Below the pieces are notes generated by a model that ran no database searches, had not been told where the DNA came from, and saw only the letters and a list, made by a program, of their open reading frames with translations. Made by a program: the position numbers and the translations under genes. Positions 36,331 through 45,489 of a DNA stretch of 64,000 bases are shown here, piece after piece (the first letter of the stretch is position 1; each line of letters begins with the position of its first letter). The stretch is from positions 186,001-250,000 of the forward strand of contig JAXGZF010000003.1 in assembly GCA_040771865.1 (NCBI GenBank), given 5' to 3'. This stretch comes from Desulfobacterales bacterium (GTDB lineage Bacteria; Desulfobacterota; Desulfobacteria; Desulfobacterales; UBA2245).

Positions 36331-37644
36331 ATGATGGTGACATTTGAATCGCTAACAAAGGGCCAGGAACGAATCGCCGTGGTGGGGCTGGGCTATGTGG
36401 GCCTTCCCCTGGCGGTTCACCTTTCCAGGCATTTCAGCGTGACGGGTTTTGACATTTCGGACAGAAGAATTCAGGAGCTTGAAGCCGGGCGAGACCGGAC
36501 CCTGGAGGTGACCAGGGACGAGCTTCAGGCCGCGGCAGTGAAATTCACCAGCGATCCAAAACAGCTTTCCCTGTGCCGGCTGATCATCGTATCGGTTCCG
36601 ACGCCCATCGACGCCTCCCGCATGCCGGACCTGGGTCCGGTCGTCCGTTCCTCGGAAATCGTGGGCGATCACATGGTCAAAGGGTCGTGCATCGTGTATG
36701 AATCCACCGTGTATCCCGGAGTGACAGAGGATATCTGCGGCAAGATTCTCGCCCGAAGATCCGGCATGACCCTGGGAAAGGATTTTACGCTGGGCTATTC
36801 TCCGGAACGAATCAACCCCGGGGACAAGGTTCATACCCTGGAAACCATCGTCAAGGTGGTGTCCGGATCGGACGAAGCGACCCGGCGCCTGCTCGCCAGG
36901 GTTTACGGAACCGTGGTTCAAGCCGGCATTCACGAGGCCTCTTCCATCAAGGTGGCCGAATCGGCCAAGGTGATCGAAAACACCCAGCGGGACCTGAACA
37001 TTGCCTTGATGAACGAGCTGGCCATGATTTTTCACAAAATGAACATTGACACCGCCGAGGTTCTGGCCGCGGCCGCAACCAAATGGAATTTTCTTTCCTT
37101 CAAACCCGGACTGGTCGGCGGCCACTGCATCGGCGTGGACCCGTATTATCTGACCTTCAAGGCTCAGGAGCTGGGCTATCATCCGGAAATGATTCTGGCG
37201 GGTCGGCGGATCAACGACTCCATGGGAAAATACATCGCCGAACGGGCCGTTAAAATGATGATCGTTGCCGGAAAGCAGGTCCTGGGCGCCAGGGCGGCCG
37301 TGCTGGGACTGACCTTCAAGGAGGATGTTCCGGATCTGCGAAACACGAAGGTGGTGGACATCATTCGGGAGCTTCAAGACTACGGCGTCGAGGTGCTGGT
37401 GCATGATCCCCTGGCGGATGCCGAAGAAGCGCGGAAACACTACGGCATCGACCTGACCCCCCTGGAAAGCATGTCCGGCGTGGACGCCGTGATTCTGGCG
37501 GTGCCCCATGCCTTTTACCGGAACATGGGGATTGACGCCGTATCCCGGTTGTGCGTGGATTCCAGACCGATTGTGATTGACGTGAAGGGGGCTTTTACGC
37601 CCGAGGCGGCCAGGAAAATTCAGGCGCATTACTGGCGGCTGTAA
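36331..37644 (+). CDS. UDP-N-acetyl-hexosamine/nucleotide-sugar dehydrogenase (TviB/WbpO-like)
   Basis: GLGYVGLP, YESTVYPG, YSPERINPGD, AKVIENTQRD, GGHCIGVDP, DLRNTKV. Confidence 0.92.
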   Translation: MMVTFESLTKGQERIAVVGLGYVGLPLAVHLSRHFSVTGFDISDRRIQELEAGRDRTLEVTRDELQAAAVKFTSDPKQLSLCRLIIVSVPTPIDASRMPDLGPVVRSSEIVGDHMVKGSCIVYESTVYPGVTEDICGKILARRSGMTLGKDFTLGYSPERINPGDKVHTLETIVKVVSGSDEATRRLLARVYGTVVQAGIHEASSIKVAESAKVIENTQRDLNIALMNELAMIFHKMNIDTAEVLAAAATKWNFLSFKPGLVGGHCIGVDPYYLTFKAQELGYHPEMILAGRRINDSMGKYIAERAVKMMIVAGKQVLGARAAVLGLTFKEDVPDLRNTKVVDIIRELQDYGVEVLVHDPLADAEEARKHYGIDLTPLESMSGVDAVILAVPHAFYRNMGIDAVSRLCVDSRPIVIDVKGAFTPEAARKIQAHYWRL

Positions 37645-37658
37645 GCCGAAGACAGCGG

Positions 37659-37697
37659 AAAAGGGGCTGCGGCAATGAATCCGCGGCTCCTTTTTTT
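37659..37697. terminator. Intrinsic terminator
   Basis: AAAAGGGGCTGCGG..CCGCGGCTCC followed by T7. Confidence 0.8.
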
Positions 37698-37891
37698 ATG
37701 GGTTCGGCCCGCAGGAAAAAGGGCCTGATTCGGGAAAAGAAGCGGTTGAAAAAACTTCGGCTCGGCTAACCTTTGGAATCCAATTCATCCAGCCCTTATC
37801 GATACGGATCCATTCACGGATGGTGCGGTCAAATACCGGGAATGGATTTTTCCCGCAGAACATGGACTGATGAACCAGTCCGGCGGATGCT

Positions 37892-38746
37892 TCAGACCCG
37901 GCCCCCGCTCCACCGCAGCTTGGTCTTGAGCACGTCGAAATATTCCTGTCCGGGCATGGTGATCAGCTGAACCGGATGAGGTGATTTTTCGATGACGATG
38001 ATGTCGCGGCGGTCCATTTCCAAACTGGCCTGGCCGTCGAAATTTAACAGAATGTTGCAGGCGGGTTCGGAAAGCCGGATGGACACCGACGCGCTGTCCG
38101 GCACGATCAGGGGCCGGTTGGTCAGGGTGAAGGGGCAGATCGGCGTCATGATGATGCCGGGGACATCCGGATGGATCACCGGACCTCCAGCGGCCAGGGA
38201 ATAGGCGGTGGAACCCGTAGGGGTGGCAACGATCAGCCCGTCGGCCCGGTAGGTGGTCAGAAACTTGTCGTTGATATAGGTATGAATGCTGGCCAGCCGG
38301 GCCGGAGCGCCCTTGTTGATGACCGCGTCATTGAGCACGGTTTCGCAAACCCGCTCCCGGCCGTCACGGAAGACCCGGACGTCCAGCCGCATGCGCGGAT
38401 GCGTGGTGAACCGGTTGCTCAGAACCATTTCCACGACCTGGTACAGGTCCTCGGCAACGGTTTCCGCGAGAAATCCCACCTCGCCGAACTTGACGCCCAG
38501 CACCGGTATCGGTTGATCGCCGATCCAGTTCACCGCGCTGAGAAAGGTGCCGTCGCCGCCCAGCACGAAAATGCACAAAAGATCGGAAGGCGCCAGCATC
38601 CGATCGCTGCCGGTGAGTTTTCGGGTCAGAGACAGGCTTTCTTTTTTAACCACATCCACATGCCTGGCCTGAAGCCAGGCTTCCAGTTCGTCGGCTTTTT
38701 TCTTCGCTTCGGCGTCTGCCTTGACGACCAGTCCGATTCGCTTCAA
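37892..38746 (-). CDS. nadK: NAD(+) kinase
   Basis: [38 protein letters not shown]. Confidence 0.95.
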   Translation of the reverse strand: MKRIGLVVKADAEAKKKADELEAWLQARHVDVVKKESLSLTRKLTGSDRMLAPSDLLCIFVLGGDGTFLSAVNWIGDQPIPVLGVKFGEVGFLAETVAEDLYQVVEMVLSNRFTTHPRMRLDVRVFRDGRERVCETVLNDAVINKGAPARLASIHTYINDKFLTTYRADGLIVATPTGSTAYSLAAGGPVIHPDVPGIIMTPICPFTLTNRPLIVPDSASVSIRLSEPACNILLNFDGQASLEMDRRDIIVIEKSPHPVQLITMPGQEYFDVLKTKLRWSGGRV

Positions 38747-38940
38747 GTTTCACTCCGATTCGCATTTTTTATCGACTTTGTAAAACCAGATGTTTTCTAC
38801 CGGTATGCCGGCAATAAGACAAGAATTTTTTGAAGAGCTTGAAAATGGACGGCATTCCAATTTCAGGCCAAAGGATTTGTCGAAATTCCGGACGGCCCGC
38901 CAAAGCTTCATCGTTTTCTCCGCAAAGCGATCCGCGGTTT

Positions 38941-40275
38941 CTATTTGCCTTGAAGCGCTTTCAGGCGGGCGCTGATGCTGACCGGAAAGCGCACTTCCTT
39001 GTCCAGCGATTTGTAAGCATCGTCCAGCCGTTGGAAGTTAAGAGTAAAATGCCGTTGAATATCGGAAAGTTCCGGATGAGGGCGCAGGATTTTGCCGCCT
39101 TCCATAACCGTTTCCAGCAAAGTTTCGGCGGCCTCGATGCTTTCCTCCCGGGTGCCGATGATGTCTTCAAGGTAATGCCCGGCGCTGTCGGATTGCCGGA
39201 AAACCTGTTTTTTGCCGGCCAGGGTGATTTTGCCCGGACTGAGTTTCCGGACGTCTCTGTCGGCGAACCGCACGATCTTGTAGACGATGTCCAGATAGGG
39301 TGCATCCGCGGATACGCCCATCTTGGTGCCGACGCCAAATGCGTCGATTCGGGCCCCTTCCTTCAGGACTCTGGCGATTTTGAATTCATCAAATCCGCTG
39401 CTGGCAACAATCTTGACATCATGGAGCCCTTCCTGATCCAGAATTTTTCGAACCTCCTTGCTCAGCGCCGCCATGTCTCCGCTGTCCAGCCGCACGCCGA
39501 TCAGATTATTACCTTGCTGCTTCATGGATCTGGCCACGGCCGCCGCGTTTCTGGCGCCTTCGAGTGTGTCGTAGGTGTCGATCAGAAACACCGATTGATG
39601 CGGGAATGTTTTTGCGTAAGCGGAAAATGCGGCCTGTTCGCTCTCGAAGGCCTCGATATAGGAATGCGCCATGGTGCCTGACGGGGGGATGCCGTAGCGC
39701 ATGGCCGCATAGACGTTGCTCGTGGCCGCAAATCCCACGATACGGGTGCATCGGGCCACCAGGTTGCCGGCGTCCCATCCCTGGGTACGGCGCAGGGAAA
39801 AATCGATGAGCGAGCGTCCCTGGGCCGCATGAATGCATCGGGCTGCCTTGGTGGCGATCAGGGTCTGAAAACCCAGAACATTGAGAATGAAGGTTTCCGC
39901 CAGCTGGGCCTCGGGCATGGGAGCGGTAACTTCCAGAACGGGTTCGTCATGAAAAAAAATGGCGCCTTCGGGCATGGCGGCAACGCTTCCGGTGAATCGA
40001 AATTGCTTGAGATAGGCCAGAAACGCGTCAGTGAAAAGTCCGGTGCTTTTCAGATAGGCGATTTCATCGGAATCGAAATGCAGATTTTCAAGCGCATCGA
40101 GCACGCCTTCCAGGCCGGCCGCCACGTAATAGTTCCTGCGGCTGCCGTCGTGCGGAGCGCGGATGAACGTCGAGAACACGGCCGGATCAAAGATGCCGTG
40201 CTCAAAATAGCTGGCCGCCATGGTCAGTTCGTACAGATCGGTAAAAAGGGGGCTGATGCGGTTGGTGTGCGTCAT
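38941..40275 (-). CDS. pncB: Nicotinate phosphoribosyltransferase
   Basis: LFTDLYELTM, DFSLRR, TSNV, GTMAHS, LIDTYD, VRLDSGD, FGVGT. Confidence 0.95.
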   Translation of the reverse strand: MTHTNRISPLFTDLYELTMAASYFEHGIFDPAVFSTFIRAPHDGSRRNYYVAAGLEGVLDALENLHFDSDEIAYLKSTGLFTDAFLAYLKQFRFTGSVAAMPEGAIFFHDEPVLEVTAPMPEAQLAETFILNVLGFQTLIATKAARCIHAAQGRSLIDFSLRRTQGWDAGNLVARCTRIVGFAATSNVYAAMRYGIPPSGTMAHSYIEAFESEQAAFSAYAKTFPHQSVFLIDTYDTLEGARNAAAVARSMKQQGNNLIGVRLDSGDMAALSKEVRKILDQEGLHDVKIVASSGFDEFKIARVLKEGARIDAFGVGTKMGVSADAPYLDIVYKIVRFADRDVRKLSPGKITLAGKKQVFRQSDSAGHYLEDIIGTREESIEAAETLLETVMEGGKILRPHPELSDIQRHFTLNFQRLDDAYKSLDKEVRFPVSISARLKALQGK

Positions 40276-40796
40276 GGCAGAATACGGGCTCCATATATTT
40301 TTTTCATTCGTTTGAGGGCAAATTCATGGGCTTCGGGATCAAAATCCGCCACTCCCCGCACCGGAACAATGGGGGCGTAATCCCGGTCGACCAGCCCGCC
40401 GACCGTGTCCATGACGCAGATCGAGGTGCATACGCCGACCACTTCCACCTCAACCGCGCCGGCTTCTTTCAGCACTTTTTCCAGCGAGGTGCCGTAAAAT
40501 CCGCTGAATCGGGTTTTGGGAAGCACGAACTCACCGGCTTGCGGGGCCAGTTCATCGATGATTTCAGCGCCCCAGGTGCCGCGCACGCCGTGGGGGGGAA
40601 ACAGGTCAAATTCCTTGTCGTCCGCGGTATGGGAATCCTGAAGATAGATCACCAGGTCTCCTGCTTTCCGGTAGGCTTCCAGCCGTTTTTGAATAAAACC
40701 AATGATGTTGTGGACCGACTTCCCGCAGTAAAGCGCGCCGGATTCGTCGACAAAATCGTTGAGCATGTCAATAATGATCAAGGCTTTTTGAGTCAT
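40272..40796 (-). CDS. pncA: Nicotinamidase / isochorismatase-family cysteine hydrolase
   Basis: IIDMLNDF, DSH, PPH, KTRFSGF, GVCTSICV; overlaps pncB start. Confidence 0.85.
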   Translation of the reverse strand: MTQKALIIIDMLNDFVDESGALYCGKSVHNIIGFIQKRLEAYRKAGDLVIYLQDSHTADDKEFDLFPPHGVRGTWGAEIIDELAPQAGEFVLPKTRFSGFYGTSLEKVLKEAGAVEVEVVGVCTSICVMDTVGGLVDRDYAPIVPVRGVADFDPEAHEFALKRMKKIYGARILP

Positions 40797-40997
40797 AGAT
40801 CTTTCTTTCGATTTGATGACAGAATCAATTGCGGGCATAAACCGTTTTTCTCAGGGAAAAGGTTGATCGAATCATTTTCTTAACAACCTTGATTATTTAT
40901 GATATAAATCCTTACTTGATTTCAAGAAGATTTTTTCTGGTCGCTTAATCCGTGCTTGTACGAATTCCTCCAACCAGGCTGATTCGGAAAAATTTCC

Positions 40998-41909
40998 ATG
41001 AAGACGAAAATGATGATCTTATTGATGTGTGCGGCAATGTGTGCGGCACAGCATTCACCATGCCAGGCGGATCCGCTTCCGGTGATTGCCAGCATTTTCC
41101 CCGTGGCGGATATGGTTCAACAGGTCGGCGGAGAGCATGTGTCGGTTGTCACGGTGATTCCTGCCGGCGCAAGCCCCCATGCCTTTGAGCCCAGCCCCGG
41201 GCTGGTCAAAAAAATCACCTCGGCGCGCATTTTTTTCAAGATAGGCGCCGGCCTTGAGTTCTGGTGGGAAAAAATCGTTCAGAATGCCGAAATCCGGCCG
41301 GTGGAGGTTGTGCTGTCCGACGGAGTGAATTTGATTGAGGCGTCGCATTCCCACCATGAGCATTCGAAGGGGGCCGATGCGCCAGGAGAATCCCATGAGG
41401 GCAATCCCCATGTCTGGCTGGATCCGGTGATCGCCGCCGACATGGTCTCAAAGATCGCAGATTCTCTGATTCTGGCGGATCCGGCTCATGCAGATTTTTA
41501 TCGGAACCGCTGGCGGCAATTTTTGGCGGAGCTTGAGGCCCTGGATCGTGATATTCGGGCCGCCGTTAGCCGGTTTACCAGTCGCTGGTATATCTCCGCG
41601 CATTCCGCCTGGGATTATTTCGCCAGACGATACGGGCTGGAAAGTGCAGGCGCCATCGAAGCCAGCCCCGGACGCCAGCCCGCGCCCAGAGAGATCTCCG
41701 CTCTGGTCGCGCGAATCAAGGAGCATCAGATCCGTTCGGTTTTTGCGGAACCCCAGCTCAATTCACAGCTGGCCGCTGTGGTGGCCAGGGAGGCCGGAAT
41801 CCCAGTGGTTTTTCTGGATCCGGTGGGTGATCCGCAAAGCGTGGATCGAAATACCTATATCCGCCTGATGCGGACCAATCTCAGGACCCTTCAGGAGGTC
41901 ATGCAGTGA
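40998..41909 (+). CDS. Zn/Mn ABC transporter substrate-binding protein
   Basis: SPHAFEP, His-rich loop, NPHVWLDP, HSAWDYF. Confidence 0.92.
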   Translation: MKTKMMILLMCAAMCAAQHSPCQADPLPVIASIFPVADMVQQVGGEHVSVVTVIPAGASPHAFEPSPGLVKKITSARIFFKIGAGLEFWWEKIVQNAEIRPVEVVLSDGVNLIEASHSHHEHSKGADAPGESHEGNPHVWLDPVIAADMVSKIADSLILADPAHADFYRNRWRQFLAELEALDRDIRAAVSRFTSRWYISAHSAWDYFARRYGLESAGAIEASPGRQPAPREISALVARIKEHQIRSVFAEPQLNSQLAAVVAREAGIPVVFLDPVGDPQSVDRNTYIRLMRTNLRTLQEVMQ

Positions 41910-42706
41910 AACCCGAATCCCAGGTGAAGGAAACGCATTATGTGGATCTGGAAGACATTTGGGTGGCTTACGACCATAAATGGGTGCTTCAATCCGTTTA
42001 CTTCAGCTGCGGTCCGGGCGAGATTGTCGGTATTGTCGGACCCAACGGCGGCGGAAAGTCCACCCTGCTCAAGGTCATTCTCGGACTGGTGCGGCCTGAT
42101 CGTGGAACCGTGCGACTGTTCGGACAAAGGCCCGGAAAACGGGCGCTTCGGGAAGTCGGCTACCTTCCACAGATTTCCCGGGCCGAGCGTTTTTTCCCGG
42201 TATCGGCCCTCGATGTGGTTCTGATGGGACTTTACACTCACATTGGATTGTTCCGAAGACCGGATCAAAAAGACCGTGAAACCGCGATGGATGTTCTGAA
42301 TCGCGTCGGCATGGCCGATCATGCCGGCCGTCCTTTCGGAGCGCTTTCCGGCGGGCAGCAGCAGCGGGTTCATATCGCGCGGGCTCTGGCGCCTCATCCC
42401 CGGCTGCTGGTTCTGGACGAGCCCGCCACCGGAGTGGACAGCGTCGCTCAGGAGGATTTTTATCGCCTGCTGGCGGAGCTTCGGGACGCGGAAGGCTTGT
42501 CGGTGCTCATGGTGTCGCACGATATCGGAGTGATCACCGCCCATGCGGATCGAATCGCCTGTCTGAACGTTGAAATTCATTACCACGGTGAGGCCCAGGC
42601 CTGTATGATTCCCGAAAACATCGCCAGGGTGTTCGGCAGGGACCTGAAGGTGATGGTGCACGATTCACGCTGCGCCACCTGTTTTCGGAGACATTCGCAT
42701 GAGTGA
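41906..42706 (+). CDS. Zn/Mn ABC transporter ATP-binding protein
   Basis: GPNGGGKST, LSGGQQQR, LDEP, SHD. Confidence 0.93.
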   Translation: MKPESQVKETHYVDLEDIWVAYDHKWVLQSVYFSCGPGEIVGIVGPNGGGKSTLLKVILGLVRPDRGTVRLFGQRPGKRALREVGYLPQISRAERFFPVSALDVVLMGLYTHIGLFRRPDQKDRETAMDVLNRVGMADHAGRPFGALSGGQQQRVHIARALAPHPRLLVLDEPATGVDSVAQEDFYRLLAELRDAEGLSVLMVSHDIGVITAHADRIACLNVEIHYHGEAQACMIPENIARVFGRDLKVMVHDSRCATCFRRHSHE

Positions 42707-43511
42707 GCTTCTGGCCCTGGAGTTTATGAGAAACGCGTTTCTGGCCGGCATGCTTCTCAGCATCGTGCTGGCGGTGGTTTCGTTTTTCGTGGTGCTGCGC
42801 CGGTTTTCATTTATCGGCGTCGGCGTGGCGCATTCGGCGTTCGGCGGAGTGGCCCTCGGCGTTCTTCTGGGGGTTTCCCCGGTGCTTTCCGCCCTTGGAT
42901 TTTCGGTGGCTGTCGCCAACGCCATCGGATGGGTTTCCAGAAGAAAGGACATCAGCACGGATACGGCCATCGGAATATTTTTTGCCCTGGCCATGGCCCT
43001 CGGGGTGATTTTTATCGGAATGTCGGGCCGCTACAACGTGGATCTTTTCGGGTATCTTTTCGGCAACATACTGGCCATCACGAGGCAGGAGCTGGTGATC
43101 GTCTGCGTGCTGGGAATTCTGGTTCTGGCCGGCATCGTTCTGTTTTTCAAGGAATTTCTGTTTATCGCCTTTGATCAGGAGGTTGCCAGGGTAAACGGCG
43201 TGCCGGTGACCCTGCTGGATCATTTTTTTCTGACGCTTCTGGCGGTGGCGGTCGTTATCAGCATCAAGATGGTGGGCATCGTGCTGGTTTCCGCCCTGCT
43301 GGTCATTCCCGGCGCCGCGGCCAGTCAGGTCGCCCGGCGCTACGGGGCGATGATCGGCGTTTCCGTCGCCGTTGCCGTGATTTCCACCACCGGCGGACTG
43401 GTTCTTTCCTATTATGCGGATCTGGCATCCGGGGCTGTCATCGTGACCCTCGCCGCCCTGCTTTTCTTTATCGCCTTTGGCCTGGGGCGTCTAAAAAAAA
43501 CGTTTCGTTGA
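42699..43511 (+). CDS. Zn/Mn ABC transporter permease
   Basis: AHSAFGGVA, YLFGNIL, FDQEVAR, VGIVLVSALLVIP. Confidence 0.93.
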   Translation: MSELLALEFMRNAFLAGMLLSIVLAVVSFFVVLRRFSFIGVGVAHSAFGGVALGVLLGVSPVLSALGFSVAVANAIGWVSRRKDISTDTAIGIFFALAMALGVIFIGMSGRYNVDLFGYLFGNILAITRQELVIVCVLGILVLAGIVLFFKEFLFIAFDQEVARVNGVPVTLLDHFFLTLLAVAVVISIKMVGIVLVSALLVIPGAAASQVARRYGAMIGVSVAVAVISTTGGLVLSYYADLASGAVIVTLAALLFFIAFGLGRLKKTFR

Positions 43512-43619
43512 AATGCGGTTTGTGTATGAATGCGGAACCGGACGGATGGAGAGTCTATCAATCAAGGACTTGAAATGGCTTGTCAGACCTTCTGCTTCCT
43601 GTTTTTTTCCAATTCAGAA

Positions 43620-43650
43620 TAAAAAGGCATCTTTTTGAGATGCCTTTTTT
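43620..43650. terminator. Bidirectional terminator downstream of tRNA-Phe
   Basis: AAAAAGGCATCT-TTTTG-AGATGCCTTTTTT. Confidence 0.85.
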
Positions 43651-43663
43651 CTGAAGCAAAAAG

Positions 43664-43736
43664 TGCCGAGGGACAGAATCGAACTGCCGACACGGGGATT
43701 TTCAGTCCCCTGCTCTACCGACTGAGCTACCTCGGC
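43664..43736 (-). tRNA. tRNA-Phe (GAA), CCA not encoded
   Basis: GCCGAGGTAGCTCAGTCGGTAGAGCAGGGGACTGAAAATCCCCGTGTCGGCAGTTCGATTCTGTCCCTCGGCA folds as a cloverleaf. Confidence 0.97.
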
Positions 43737-43785
43737 ACAAGACGGGCTATTCATATGGGAGTCGGCCTTTTTTGTCAAGCGGAAT

Positions 43786-44523
43786 TTAGCCGAGATCGCC
43801 AAAAAGATGCTGAAGGATGCTGCTGGCCGCCAGGGTCGCTGTCTCGGCTCTGAGAATTCTGGGACCGAGTGAAACGGAAAGACAGCCCGATGTTTTTGCT
43901 TTCCGGATTTCATCCTCCGTAAATCCGCCTTCAGGTCCGAGCATGGCAAATACGCTGCGGATCGCTTTACCGCAGTTCAGCTTTTCCGGATAAAGCTTTT
44001 CGGATGCATTTTCCCAGAAAACGATGCGAAGATCGCATGATTTTCCCAGTTCCAGAGCCTGATCAAAGGAGACAACCGGGTCGATTTGCAGAATCCGGCC
44101 CCTGCGGCATTGCTTGACGGCTTCCCGGGCGATTTTTTCCCAGCGGGCTGCGCGTTCTGTTCGTTTGGCTTCCGGTCGGGGAACCGACCGGTGGGCGACA
44201 AAAGGAATCCACCGGTGTATTCCCAGCTCGGAAAGCGGTCGAATCAGATCTTCCATTTTGCGGTCTTTCAACAGGGCCTGTGCAATCGATATGCGAACAG
44301 GAGATTCGGATTCGGCCAGATACTTTTCGAGGATCTTGAGCGCAACGCCTTCAGCGGTTATTTGAAGAATTTGAGCCTTGTAATGGAAACCGGCGCCGTC
44401 GGCAAGCGCGATGATATCTCCCGATTTCAGGCGCAGAACAAGCCGCATGTGCGCGGCCTCTTCGCCGGCGATCATCGGGCAGGAAGCGGCAAGCTGTTCC
44501 GGGTTTATGTAAAAATATCTCAT
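43786..44523 (-). CDS. rsmE: 16S rRNA m3U1498 methyltransferase
   Basis: HMRLVLRL, ELGI, EAVKQCRR, GPEGGF, LGPRILRAETA. Confidence 0.95.
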   Translation of the reverse strand: MRYFYINPEQLAASCPMIAGEEAAHMRLVLRLKSGDIIALADGAGFHYKAQILQITAEGVALKILEKYLAESESPVRISIAQALLKDRKMEDLIRPLSELGIHRWIPFVAHRSVPRPEAKRTERAARWEKIAREAVKQCRRGRILQIDPVVSFDQALELGKSCDLRIVFWENASEKLYPEKLNCGKAIRSVFAMLGPEGGFTEDEIRKAKTSGCLSVSLGPRILRAETATLAASSILQHLFGDLG

Positions 44524-44746
44524 GATATTGATGCCTTCAGGAAATAGAATTTGAATCCGTGCAAACAGCGCTACTTTTTTGACTTTTGCATTGTCTAATA
44601 TGTCTTTTGGAAGAAGGAAAGCGATTTTTAACAAAATCAAATAGCTTGACACGTATTGGGCCCTATGATAATTTTTAATGCAGTTTAATATTTTATATTT
44701 AAATATCAAGCAGTTGCACGAGATCGTCAGAAAAAGGCAATGCATA

Positions 44747-45187
44747 ATGATGGATAACTCGGATTCCCAGTCTTCCTCAAATGCCGATTTTAATCAGTGC
44801 GAAATCAGCACTACGAATAAATCAGATGTTTCCGGCAGGGGGCAAGCAGAGGAAATTCTTGATCTGACCGATATTCTAATGGAGATTTCCGAGGTAAAAT
44901 CGGAAGAACCGGGCGGTTCCGCTGCATATTCTCGGAAGATCGATGACCCGTCAATGGCGATTGCCAACAGGCCCGAAGCCGTGGCTGAGTTTATGGTTGA
45001 AACTCAGCTGGAGTCCGCAATAACGCCCGAGATGCTTGAAAATGCCCTGGAGCGCGTTATTCAGAGGATGTTTTTGGAAAAAATCGAGCCGCTTCTGGTT
45101 GAGGCGGTGGAAAGAGGCGTTCAAAAAGAGATCGAACGCATGCGTGCTTTTTTACTGGAGGATGTTCCGGACGCCCGGAAGCTCTAG
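44747..45187 (+). CDS. Acidic hypothetical protein, PopZ/DUF2497-like architecture
   Basis: EEILDLTD motif, acidic disordered linker, C-terminal helices LVEAVERGVQKEIERM; upstream of valS. Confidence 0.6.
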   Translation: MMDNSDSQSSSNADFNQCEISTTNKSDVSGRGQAEEILDLTDILMEISEVKSEEPGGSAAYSRKIDDPSMAIANRPEAVAEFMVETQLESAITPEMLENALERVIQRMFLEKIEPLLVEAVERGVQKEIERMRAFLLEDVPDARKL

Positions 45188-45233
45188 GATGTGGACCATC
45201 CTATCGGGCGGGCAAAACAAGCATGACGGTTAT

Positions 45234-45266
45234 GCGGGGATTAGAGATTTAATCCCCCTTTTTTTA
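45234..45266 (+). terminator. Intrinsic terminator upstream of valS
   Basis: GGGGATTA-GAGATT-TAATCCCC followed by a T run. Confidence 0.7.
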
Positions 45267-45489
45267 TGTTCGAATGTGAAGGATCGACCGGTATGCCTCA
45301 TTCTGAATGATCTAGAATATACCGCGTCAGGTGCAAGATGGCGTCTTGAGTGGATGATGTATTGCGAAGGCTGAAACAAATGAAGAAAGGCCGGGCCGAA
45401 ATGAGAAACCAGAAATGATCGGTCCCGGCTGAAATGGATGCGGCGGATTTATCCGGAGACTCAGTTACTGAAACGAGGAGTGCGATTTT

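Noticed and set aside
43550..43740. Island integrated at tRNA-Phe
   Set aside because: No integrase or duplicated tRNA 3' end found; flanks are housekeeping genes.
45188..45489. T-box leader for valS
   Set aside because: A terminator hairpin exists, but no T-box consensus (GGTGGNACCGCG) precedes it.
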